Positions 1 through 9,729 of a DNA stretch of 64,000 nt are shown here, one piece after another. Source of the stretch: Minisyncoccota bacterium (lineage in GTDB: Bacteria; Patescibacteriota; Minisyncoccia; Phycocordibacterales; Zambryskibacteraceae); NCBI GenBank assembly GCA_036517475.1, contig DATDVZ010000003.1, positions 56-64,055 of the forward strand, read 5' to 3'. Made by a program: the position numbers and the translations under genes. Each line of letters starts with the position of its first letter. Positions within the stretch are counted from its first letter, which is position 1. Below the pieces are notes generated by a model that worked only from the letters and a program-made list of their open reading frames with translations, searched no databases and had not been told where the DNA came from.

Positions 1-225
1 TATCGCCGGAAGATTTGAAACAGAGTGTGCAACAGCCAATATGACCTTTATATTTTCCTTATCAAGTTTATTTGGCTCCAACTCCTTTACAAGCAATGCA
101 ATGTTTCTATGGACAGATATAATATTTATTTCAAACTTAATATTATGTTGTTTAAAGAGTTTCTGTACTTCTGCTAAATACACAATATCATTCTTGCTCC
201 CCACTACAACCAGTAATCTTTTCAT
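1..225 (-). CDS. AIR carboxylase (PurE-like) family protein. N-terminal 75 aa visible; 3' end cut by the window edge.
   Basis: Minus-strand ATG at 225-223 translates MKRLLVVVGSKNDIVYLAEVQKLFKQHNIKFEINIISVHRN...ILAVAHSVSNLPAI. This resembles the PurE pattern (G-S-x-S-D ... V-S-A-H-R ... G-x-A-H-L-P). Not in the ORF track because it runs off the edge. Confidence 0.4.
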   Translation of the reverse strand, partial: MKRLLVVVGSKNDIVYLAEVQKLFKQHNIKFEINIISVHRNIALLVKELEPNKLDKENIKVILAVAHSVSNLPAI

Positions 226-311
226 ATCCAAAGTATACCAGTTCCGCGTCCCACAGACCTGTGAACCCCAGCACCAGAGCAAGCTTGGTACGGGGCATGC
301 TTTTTTAAGTT

Positions 312-566
312 TTATAGTAAAGAATCTTGAAGCATTAGTTTTATAGCTTTTCTACCCTTAGTTGTTTTTAGATACATTTCTCTTCTTTTAGCATCCTTCA
401 TTGATTTATATGCTTCGTAAAAGATAAGCTCCCATGGTAAATATGGTTTGGTCGATGAGGATTTTCCTGTATTGTGTTCCGCTACTCGGCTTTTTAGATT
501 TGCTGAATAACCGACATATAATTGGTCAGTTTTCTTTTTACTTTTTAGAACATAGACATAGAACAT
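312..566 (-). CDS. GIY-YIG nuclease family protein (small stand-alone GIY-YIG domain)
   Basis: 84 aa with YVYVLKS...LYVGYSANLKSRVAEHN and a KTTKGRK tail, typical of stand-alone GIY-YIG domain proteins. Confidence 0.7.
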   Translation of the reverse strand: MFYVYVLKSKKKTDQLYVGYSANLKSRVAEHNTGKSSSTKPYLPWELIFYEAYKSMKDAKRREMYLKTTKGRKAIKLMLQDSLL

Positions 567-656
567 TACTTCTATTTTATAAGATTCAGGGCGGAGAGCA
601 CCAGATCAAAGATCGATGCTCTCCAGCCCCGAACCGAACTATGTTCTGGTTCGGGG

Positions 657-675
657 CGCGGGCGACCGGAATTTC
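657..675. repeat. Degenerate direct copy of the 3' end of tRNA-Asp (partial T-arm and acceptor)
   Basis: gcgcgggcgaccggaattt closely matches gcgcgggcgaccggatttgaacc at 845-867, the 3' end of the minus-strand tRNA-Asp. Confidence 0.5.
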
Positions 676-795
676 ACTGCTTGCTTCGCTGCGCTTTGAG
701 AACCCTCGGTTCTCAACGGCTTAAAGCCTGCTCTCCAATGCAGGAAAACTAGAGTTTTCCTGACACCTTTCCTCGGTTCAAATCCGTTCGTCAGC

Positions 796-837
796 CTGAC
801 AAAACAAAAATTCCAGTATCAAAATGATACCGGAATT
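796..837 (-). terminator. Rho-independent terminator downstream of the tRNA-Met/tRNA-Asp pair
   Basis: 13-bp stem with one mismatch (aattccagtatca / tgataccggaatt) and a 3-nt loop. On the transcribed minus strand it is followed by TTTTGTTTTG. Confidence 0.6.
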
Positions 838-845
838 TTCGTTTG

Positions 846-919
846 CGCGGGCGACCGGATTTGAACCGGCGACCTCTCCCGTGACAGGGGAGCGTTCTGC
901 CAAGCTGAACTACACCCGC
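846..919 (-). tRNA. tRNA-Asp (anticodon GTC)
   Basis: Reverse complement folds as GCGGGTG-TA-GTTC..GAAC-G-CTCCC-CTGTCAC-GGGAG-AGGTC-GCCGG-TTCAAAT-CCGGT-CGCCCGC-G. Anticodon loop CUGUCAC; CCA is not encoded. Confidence 0.9.
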
Positions 920-944
920 ATTATAATTGCAAAAGCAATTATTG

Positions 945-1017
945 TGTCGGAGGTGGGGATTGAACCCACGACCCCGGGCTTATGAGTCCCGTGCTCTACC
1001 AACTGAGCTACTCCGAC
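945..1017 (-). tRNA. tRNA-Met (anticodon CAT). Elongator-type by the G1-C72 pair; a tRNA-Ile2 (lysidine) identity cannot be excluded from sequence alone.
   Basis: Reverse complement GTCGGAG-TA-GCTCAGTTGGTAGAGC-A-CGGGA-CTCATAA-GCCCG-GGGTC-GTGGG-TTCAATC-CCCAC-CTCCGAC-A. There is a 31A-39G mismatch at the base of the anticodon stem. Confidence 0.85.
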
Positions 1018-1179
1018 GCATCTCATGGGTTTAATAGGTGTCGTGTCTGTCACCCACGAATTGCTTGTTGCGGGTACCAGAATTGCACTGATGCCTGCAG
1101 GTTATGAGCCTGCCGAGGTACTACTCCTCCAACCCGCTATAAGGCAACCATTATACAAAATGAGTTTTACTCTGCAACT

Positions 1180-1821
1180 TTATATAAAACTAAATTCGCG
1201 GAAGACTTTTTCGTATAATCCAACAATCCTGCGGGCCTCTCTTTCAGTAATCAGAAAATCACTTCCCTCGTGGGCAATTTGATTCCGAACCTTGTGCGCT
1301 TCCCAAGCTTCATCAATTGTCACAAAATCGCTTTTTTCTACTCCCTTAAGTTTGTCAGAAAGTGTTTCTCCGTGGTAGCCCATGGCGCTCATTAATTCAT
1401 CAAGAATAATATCGCACTCCAGTATTGCCAGTTTCCAGTCATTGGGATTTAGTGAATTAATATGCTCCCCTACCTTAATCCAGCGTGTATTTTTCTTATC
1501 TTCAGTGGGAACCAATGCTTGGTCAACAGGAGGAGCGTAAAGAGCATTCTGTATTTGATTAATCTGTGTGAGTTTAGTAACAGCCCAAGTTAGACCTGCA
1601 ATTGAAAGAGCGGAAATGACAAAAGATAAGAATATCAATAGAGGATAGACAAATTTCTTAAGCCATAAAATAAATTTTGAGCCGGCAAAAAGCAAATTTC
1701 CCTGCCCCAAAAGCATTGCAAAAATTCCGTTTAGAAGTGCAATGACAATAAGGCTTACAAGAAACCACAGCATTACTGTTTCAAATGGTGTTAAATCGAA
1801 GCTTTTTTTATCTTTATCCAT
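1180..1821 (-). CDS. Membrane-anchored protein with a C-terminal HEPN-like domain (Rx4H motif); putative RNase/defence or toxin-type protein
   Basis: The N-terminal ~95 aa contain several hydrophobic helices (LWFLVSLIVIALLNGIFAMLLG, FVYPLLIFLSFVISALSIAGLTWAV). The C-terminal domain ends ...EAWEAHKVRNQIAHEG, i.e. R-x4-H in a helical context, as in HEPN families such as DUF4145/Swt1-like. Confidence 0.5.
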   Translation of the reverse strand: MDKDKKSFDLTPFETVMLWFLVSLIVIALLNGIFAMLLGQGNLLFAGSKFILWLKKFVYPLLIFLSFVISALSIAGLTWAVTKLTQINQIQNALYAPPVDQALVPTEDKKNTRWIKVGEHINSLNPNDWKLAILECDIILDELMSAMGYHGETLSDKLKGVEKSDFVTIDEAWEAHKVRNQIAHEGSDFLITEREARRIVGLYEKVFREFSFI

Positions 1822-1927
1822 TCAAATAATTTTTAATTAAAAATTTTAAATTTCTATTGAATTTTTAGTTTAATAATTATTAAAATTGTAGCATCTATTA
1901 AAAATTAAAAATTTCAAATTAGAAATT

Positions 1928-3352
1928 CTAATCCGACTCTCCTAAAAATTTTTTACCAACTTCAAACAACAAATCCTCCCTGTAATCTGATGCTGTAAAC
2001 TGGATACCTAAAGGCAGTTCATCTTTGTGGACTTTCACCATTCCGGAAGGAATTGATACGGCTGGAAGCCCTGCTACATTTGCCGGCACTGTGAAAATAT
2101 CTGCCAGATACATTTCAAGAGGGTTTTCTACCTTCTCGCCTATTTTAAAAGCCGGGGTGGGTGATGTGGGAGTGAGTACAAGATGAACCATTTCAAATAC
2201 CTTTTCAAAATCACTCTTTATAAGCGAGCGAAGACTATTTGCCTTATTATAATATGCATCATAATATCCTGAAGATAAAACATATGTGCCAAGAATTATT
2301 CTTCTTCTTACCTCTTTACCAAATTTCTTGCCGCGTGTTTCAAAATAGTCATCAATCAAGTTATCGGCATTTAAATGCGCGCCATATTTTACCCCGTCAA
2401 AGCGAGCAAGATTAGATGAGGCTTCAGCGGGCATAAGAATATAGTAGACCGCAAGAGAATATTTGACATTTGGAAGTTCAATTTCCTCAATCCCAAACCC
2501 CAGTTTCTCAAGTTTAGAAACCGATTCTTTAAAATTTTTCAAAACATCTTCACTTATTCCATCAACTTCAATCAAATGCCATGGGATACCGATTTTCAAT
2601 TTTTCTGGCAATCTGAGAGCTGGCGGATCAGGATAATATGATGTGCTATCCAGAGAGTCTTTACCTTTAATAGCATTAAAAATTATTTCCGCATCAGTTA
2701 CTGTTTTTGTGAGAGGTCCTATTTGATCAAGTGATGAACCAAGTGCAATGAGGCCAAAGCGTGAAACTGCCCCATATGTAGGTTTTAGGCCCACAATTCC
2801 GCATAAACTTGCCGGCTGGCGCACAGACCCACCGGTGTCGGACCCAAGAGCGGCAAGAGCCATTTCATCAGCAACAGCGGCAGCAGAACCTCCAGAGGAG
2901 CCCCCAGGAACCCTTGTTGGGTCAAGAGGGTTTCTTGTGACTCCAAAACCAGAGTTTTCAGTTGATGAACCCATGGCAAATTCATCCATATTGGTGCGGC
3001 CCAAAAAAATTGCTCCCTGTTTTTTTAGGCGATTTATTGAAGTTGCATCATAAGGAGAAATAAAATTTTCTAATATTTTTGATCCGGCGCTTGCAACTTT
3101 GCCTTTTATTAAAATATTATCTTTAACGGCAATTGGTATTCCTGTTAAGAATCCTCCCTTACCAGCATCAATTAATTTTTGAGATTCAAGTGCTTGTTGT
3201 TCAAGGTCACTAAATACTTCTAAATATGCATGTATGACAGTGTTTTTGCTTTCAATATTTTTTTTATAGGTATTTACAAAATCAAGTACAGAGAATTCTT
3301 TTTTAAGAAGTGCTTGATGTGCTTTTGAAATTGTTAGATTCTTAAGATCCAT
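1928..3352 (-). CDS. gatA: Glutamyl-tRNA(Gln)/aspartyl-tRNA(Asn) amidotransferase subunit A
   Basis: 474 aa with amidase-signature sequence GGSSGGSAAAVA and the catalytic Ser-cisSer-Lys context. Lies downstream of gatC. Confidence 0.95.
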   Translation of the reverse strand: MDLKNLTISKAHQALLKKEFSVLDFVNTYKKNIESKNTVIHAYLEVFSDLEQQALESQKLIDAGKGGFLTGIPIAVKDNILIKGKVASAGSKILENFISPYDATSINRLKKQGAIFLGRTNMDEFAMGSSTENSGFGVTRNPLDPTRVPGGSSGGSAAAVADEMALAALGSDTGGSVRQPASLCGIVGLKPTYGAVSRFGLIALGSSLDQIGPLTKTVTDAEIIFNAIKGKDSLDSTSYYPDPPALRLPEKLKIGIPWHLIEVDGISEDVLKNFKESVSKLEKLGFGIEEIELPNVKYSLAVYYILMPAEASSNLARFDGVKYGAHLNADNLIDDYFETRGKKFGKEVRRRIILGTYVLSSGYYDAYYNKANSLRSLIKSDFEKVFEMVHLVLTPTSPTPAFKIGEKVENPLEMYLADIFTVPANVAGLPAVSIPSGMVKVHKDELPLGIQFTASDYREDLLFEVGKKFLGESD

Positions 3353-3447
3353 AATTTTAATTTTTAATTTAAATCTTTTTTATTCGTGTCATCCGATCCG
3401 CCAGCCGGCGGATTCGCCTGCCTGCCGGCAGGCAGGTATTATTCGTA

Positions 3448-3729
3448 CTAAAGAATCTTCTTAACCTTAATATAATCGCCCTCTTTTTGAGGTGCCGATT
3501 CAATTAATTCTGCACTATGTAATCCAGACTCATGAGGATTTTCGTCTTCCCTTAAAGTATTGATGGTGGCAGATGCAGATGAAACCACCACTCCACCTGA
3601 AGCATCATTTATCTGCCCCACATAAGCAAGAATAGGATCAATTTCTTTAACGAGTGAGTCAATCTCTTCTTGAGAAAGTTTTATTCTGGCAAGTACCGCC
3701 AATTTTTTTATATCTTCACCATCAATCAT
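3448..3729 (-). CDS. gatC: Asp/Glu-tRNA amidotransferase subunit C
   Basis: 93 aa. Begins MIDGEDIKKLAVLARIKLSQEEIDSLVKEI, typical of GatC. Immediately upstream of gatA. Confidence 0.85.
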   Translation of the reverse strand: MIDGEDIKKLAVLARIKLSQEEIDSLVKEIDPILAYVGQINDASGGVVVSSASATINTLREDENPHESGLHSAELIESAPQKEGDYIKVKKIL

Positions 3730-3733
3730 TTTA

Positions 3734-5788
<2,055 letters not shown>

Positions 5789-5828
5789 TTAGTATATTCG
5801 TATCAATTCGTATATTAGTATATTTGTA

Positions 5829-6392
5829 TTAGTAATTAACAACTATGGCCCTTTCTACTCTCCTTGCGCTCGAACTTGTACATGCAAAATTTGAAACACT
5901 GCCGGTATTATATCCGCGGGATTCAATGTTAGTTTTTAATGCTTTAGGAGACGTGGGGCTATAAGATTTTCCAACAGCAATCTGAACGCAGTATTTTTCA
6001 GAAACTCCGGAAAAAATAAAGGCGAATGTTGTTGTTCCGGCTTGTAGGGGCCCGAGAAATTTATTTATTGAAATTGAAGGATTGCCTCCGCAGGCAATAG
6101 GATTTGCGGGAGTTGAAGTAGCAAAAGAATTATTTTTTAGATCCCAGAAAAGAGCGCACTCAATACCGCTGTCTGCTGCGTAAAAGGCTGCAGAAGAGTC
6201 TTTTGCTATGCTTGAAATCCTAATTTGCTTCAATACAAGGTTCATTACATTAAAACTTACTAAAATAAGTGCCGCCGTTATGGTGACAGCAATGTAAGCT
6301 GCAATCCCCCGCTTAGAAAGTTTGTTGCTTGCCCGCCTAAGTTTTGCTTCGCAAAATTTTGGCAGGTAAATTGTTTTTTGTTTCTTGTTCAT
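5829..6392 (-). CDS. Hypothetical membrane-anchored protein at the distal end of the pilus operon; possibly pilus-associated
   Basis: One N-terminal TM helix (GIAAYIAVTITAALILVSF) but no canonical G|FTLxE prepilin motif. Placement in the operon is the only functional hint. Confidence 0.45.
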   Translation of the reverse strand: MNKKQKTIYLPKFCEAKLRRASNKLSKRGIAAYIAVTITAALILVSFNVMNLVLKQIRISSIAKDSSAAFYAADSGIECALFWDLKNNSFATSTPANPIACGGNPSISINKFLGPLQAGTTTFAFIFSGVSEKYCVQIAVGKSYSPTSPKALKTNIESRGYNTGSVSNFACTSSSARRVERAIVVNY

Positions 6393-6397
6393 TATTT

Positions 6398-7045
6398 CTA
6401 TTGCCAGTTAAATATTGACTCTCTTACTGTAAAAGTTCTTTGGGGACTAGTGCCTTTCTGCCATTTCATTATTACAGTCAGTATTATTTCCTGATTTGGA
6501 ACAACAACCTGAATCTGAATTTCCCTGTTAAAAAGCGTGCTAGTCCAAGAGGAATCATAACCATACATTCCGTAAGTTGCTGATGCCCCATTTAAATCCT
6601 GTCTGATGTTGGGGCAATTATTAATAGAACAGTTTGAAAAAGCAGTTGCGGGTCCTTTTGTTGCATCCAAAGTACAAGCAGTATTCGGATAGCATGACCC
6701 CAGATCGGCAAGCCAGTTTCCCGAGCCTCCGGATAAGACATTTGAGTCCCTTACATTTCGGATATACTCAACTGCCTCTTGAGCTAGAAAGAACGCAGTG
6801 ACTTGGTTTTTTGACTCAACCGAACTTGAAAGAGAGCTCTGAACCACAGTAAATGTGACAGTAAGCACTGCCACAAGAATTGAAATACCTATAAGTGTCT
6901 CGAGAAGAGTAAACCCCCCATTAGAGAAACCCTGCCCCAAAGTCCTCTCAGACTGCCTTAGGCGGGGCTGAACTCTCTCGGGGTAGGCATTTAAATTTTT
7001 TATTTTAAAATTGTAATTTTTCATTTTGATTTTTACATTTTGCAT
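6398..7045 (-). CDS. Prepilin-type (minor) pilin. The true start is uncertain: no in-frame ATG is near the cleavage motif.
   Basis: Contains ...NGG|FTLLETLIGISILVAVLTV (class III signal-peptide and methylation motif). As drawn, the ORF has a 45-aa leader that overlaps a conserved non-coding element (see findings). Confidence 0.65.
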   Translation of the reverse strand: MQNVKIKMKNYNFKIKNLNAYPERVQPRLRQSERTLGQGFSNGGFTLLETLIGISILVAVLTVTFTVVQSSLSSSVESKNQVTAFFLAQEAVEYIRNVRDSNVLSGGSGNWLADLGSCYPNTACTLDATKGPATAFSNCSINNCPNIRQDLNGASATYGMYGYDSSWTSTLFNREIQIQVVVPNQEIILTVIMKWQKGTSPQRTFTVRESIFNWQ

Positions 7046-7047
7046 TT

Positions 7048-7623
7048 TTATCTATCCAATACTCTTTGTGAAATTGTGGTTTGTAAGATAAAACTCGACT
7101 GCGATGTCGGCTTTGAGCCAACGTATCCCCTTGCTATGACGACCACCCGCGGCTGACCTGTATCCGGTGTAGGAGCACTATTGAAAACATAGAATCTCAG
7201 ATTTGTAACTATTACTTCAGGAGAGGTGATGCCAATATAATTTGTCGTACTGTCTGTGTATTTTCTTATCTGATTACCACCCCAGGTGTAAATAATTGAA
7301 TTACCTTCATTATTTGTGAAAGTAAAGAGAGCTGATCCGCCGCTTGATGAATCTTGGGTGGCAGTATGTGGCAGGGCATTATCAAATCCCGCATAATAAT
7401 TTTTTCCAAATTTAATTTCTCTTGTCATTAGCTCAAGAGTGAAATTTAGATTTGTCATCACGGTCTTTAAATATTTAGCCTTGCGTCCCGCATCCAATAC
7501 ACTTAAAACCGCCCCCAAGCTTATTGTGACAACAATAATAAAAACAGAAATTGCCACGAGCATCTCAACAAGGGTAAACCCGTTAACATTTTTGATTTTT
7601 ACTTTTTGATTTTTGATTTGCAT
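7048..7623 (-). CDS. Prepilin-type minor pilin/pseudopilin
   Basis: MQIKNQKVKIKNVNG|FTLVEMLVAISVFIIV: a 14-aa leader followed by G|FTLVE. Confidence 0.75.
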   Translation of the reverse strand: MQIKNQKVKIKNVNGFTLVEMLVAISVFIIVVTISLGAVLSVLDAGRKAKYLKTVMTNLNFTLELMTREIKFGKNYYAGFDNALPHTATQDSSSGGSALFTFTNNEGNSIIYTWGGNQIRKYTDSTTNYIGITSPEVIVTNLRFYVFNSAPTPDTGQPRVVVIARGYVGSKPTSQSSFILQTTISQRVLDR

Positions 7624-8297
7624 TACTGTATCTGTACTTCCCCTGTAGTGTAAATATAAATATTTTGAGTTTTACCCTTTGGTGAGAGGAAAGTAATTCT
7701 TGCACCTTTATGTCCTGGATAAGTGACCTCGCTTGCACCGCTGTTATAAAATTTGAATCTCGCGGCTGGGTTAGGACGCAGATAAGTGAAAGCAATCCTT
7801 GAGACGGGAGCCAGAACATCATTGCTTTGAATGGCGTTCAAAGATGAAATAGTGTTATTTCTGGTAATGTTATACCTTATCTGACATTCATTGACTCCTG
7901 GCTGGCACATCTGACCAGTCTGAGTGAAATACCCGTTTTGATCAGTATCAATAAATGAAATTATGAAGTTGTTTCCACCGCCTGAAAGTAAGTTGAAATC
8001 AACTCCGTAAGCCAAAGAAAAAACCCCGGAACTTGGCGAACTTTCTCTTACACTTATGCCGTAAACCTGGGCCTCTCTTACCAAAATTTCAATTTCATGA
8101 ACATTGTTGCTTAAAGCGACCTGATCTGAAAAATCTCCTTGATTATAAACAACAATTGCAGTTATAAGAGCAATAATCACAACAGAGACAGTCAGCTCCA
8201 TTATTGTGAACCCAGCACCATTTTTTTTTCTAGAAAAATGGTGCTGGGCAGGTCCTCTTTTATTATTTAGACTTTTTTGTTCAGTTGTAGTTTTCAA
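7623..8297 (-). CDS. Prepilin-type minor pilin
   Basis: ...KKNGAG|FTIMELTVSVVIIALI. The leader-coding region contains a perfect 15-bp-stem hairpin. Confidence 0.7.
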   Translation of the reverse strand: MKTTTEQKSLNNKRGPAQHHFSRKKNGAGFTIMELTVSVVIIALITAIVVYNQGDFSDQVALSNNVHEIEILVREAQVYGISVRESSPSSGVFSLAYGVDFNLLSGGGNNFIISFIDTDQNGYFTQTGQMCQPGVNECQIRYNITRNNTISSLNAIQSNDVLAPVSRIAFTYLRPNPAARFKFYNSGASEVTYPGHKGARITFLSPKGKTQNIYIYTTGEVQIQ

Positions 8298-9067
8298 AAT
8301 AGGTTAAATTTCAGAATTAATGAAAGTATTATCCCGATTATCATGAAAGGACCGAAAGGTATGGCACTCTTAATTGTAAGAAACTTTCTCTTTTTACTCA
8401 ACGTGATTTCTAAAATTTTTTGAAATATCAAAATCAAAAGACCCACAATAGCTCCTGACCAGAAACTCCAGGCAAGGGCCCAGATTCCATTTTTTATGCC
8501 GAGATAAAAACCCATACCCATAGCAAGCTTCACATCTCCGAATCCTATCCAGCGCCCCTTTGAGATAAACCAGAGTATAAAAATAAAAAAGGATAAAATT
8601 ATTCCTGCAAGAAGATGATTGGAAATATAACTCAGTGACGGATTTACGTATACCGTATTTACTAAAGAAAAGAACCAGAAAACAAAAACAGCGCTATCAG
8701 GTATGATCTTATGCTTTAAGTCGTAAACAAAAATCACAATAAGCGAACTCCAGATAACCCATGAGACAAGAAGATTAGGGATACTTAAAGAATAAAACAG
8801 ATATAAAACAACAAATGCCAAGCCTGTGGCAAGTTCGACTAGCGGATATTGAATTGAGATTTCGCTTCTACAGCTTGAACATTTTCCTCGTAAAGCCATG
8901 AAACTTATCACCGGAAGCAGTTCCCACCAAGCCAATTTATTGCCGCAAGACAAGCATTTAGATCTGCCGGTAAGACTTTCCTTGCCATATCGGTAGATTA
9001 CAACATTGAGAAAACTGCCAACAACGAGACCTAGAATAAAAACAAAAATAAAGATAACAAAATACAT
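8294..9067 (-). CDS. pilD: Prepilin peptidase (A24 family)
   Basis: Polytopic membrane protein with the CxxC...CxxC zinc motif (CLSCGNK...CSSCRSE) and GFGDVKL-type catalytic Asp boxes. Confidence 0.9.
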   Translation of the reverse strand: MYFVIFIFVFILGLVVGSFLNVVIYRYGKESLTGRSKCLSCGNKLAWWELLPVISFMALRGKCSSCRSEISIQYPLVELATGLAFVVLYLFYSLSIPNLLVSWVIWSSLIVIFVYDLKHKIIPDSAVFVFWFFSLVNTVYVNPSLSYISNHLLAGIILSFFIFILWFISKGRWIGFGDVKLAMGMGFYLGIKNGIWALAWSFWSGAIVGLLILIFQKILEITLSKKRKFLTIKSAIPFGPFMIIGIILSLILKFNLF

Positions 9068-9131
9068 AATAATATTATTACATAAAAAAACCTCGAGATT
9101 CGAGGTTTTTTTAATTTTTTCACCTTATACT

Positions 9132-9707
9132 CTAGAGACAGGTAGCTGTGTCAGCAGAGATTCCAGCTCCATTTGCAGTTGAAGTGGCTGTGCCAGTTGA
9201 ATCAATACACCAACTTAGAGATGTGTTGGTTTTGAGAGGTACTGAAATTGCCCATGAATCTGCGGTCGTTCCTACTGCTACATCCCCATCATCAGCATAA
9301 CATTCAGCAGCTCCACCACTGACCTGACTAGCGTGGGCAAGAGCTTGAGTAATGTTTGAGTCAAGAAACAATGAACCGACAGTCGCACAGTCTCCGCCAG
9401 CTACATCAGCTCCATAATTTAAATTGGTATCGTAATAAATTCCAGCCTGTGAACGGATGCCTGACAAGTCTCCTTTTATTGCAGCATCAGCCCCTTTGGC
9501 TCTGGCTGTGTTTAAAGAAGCAAGAACAATTGATGAGAGTATGCCGATAATGGCAATAACCACCAAAAGTTCAATCAGAGTAAATCCAGCTCTATTTTTA
9601 TTTACATGAAGACGTGATTTTATAAAACCACCTCCACCTCCGTCATTAGACCCCCCACCTCCATCTTTAGAATTTTCCATTTTGTTTAAATTAAAACCTA
9701 TAATCAT
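9132..9707 (-). CDS. Type IV pilin (glycine-rich leader)
   Basis: ...NKNRAG|FTLIELLVVIAIIGILSSIVLASLNTARAKGADAA. Unusually long G-rich leader (GGGGSNDGGGGG); the start may lie downstream of the annotated ATG. Confidence 0.75.
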   Translation of the reverse strand: MIIGFNLNKMENSKDGGGGSNDGGGGGFIKSRLHVNKNRAGFTLIELLVVIAIIGILSSIVLASLNTARAKGADAAIKGDLSGIRSQAGIYYDTNLNYGADVAGGDCATVGSLFLDSNITQALAHASQVSGGAAECYADDGDVAVGTTADSWAISVPLKTNTSLSWCIDSTGTATSTANGAGISADTATCL

Positions 9708-9729
9708 AACATTTAAAATTCTACCACAA

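Noticed and set aside
770-800. Plus-strand tRNA suggested by GGTTCAAATCC at 775-787
   Set aside because: No acceptable T-stem, anticodon arm or acceptor pairing could be built. It is treated as part of the structured spacer.
1025-1282. Antisense or overlapping ORFs from the six-frame track (for example 41-346, 434-724, 1025-1282, 2748-3053, 9356-9550, 10647-10919, 15457-15849, 29073-33471 plus-strand set, 36135-36599, 60885-61382, 61316-61894)
   Set aside because: Each lies antisense to or inside a strongly supported gene (gatA, the pilins, pilB, the giant surface protein, ftsH, tuf) and has no motif or RBS support.
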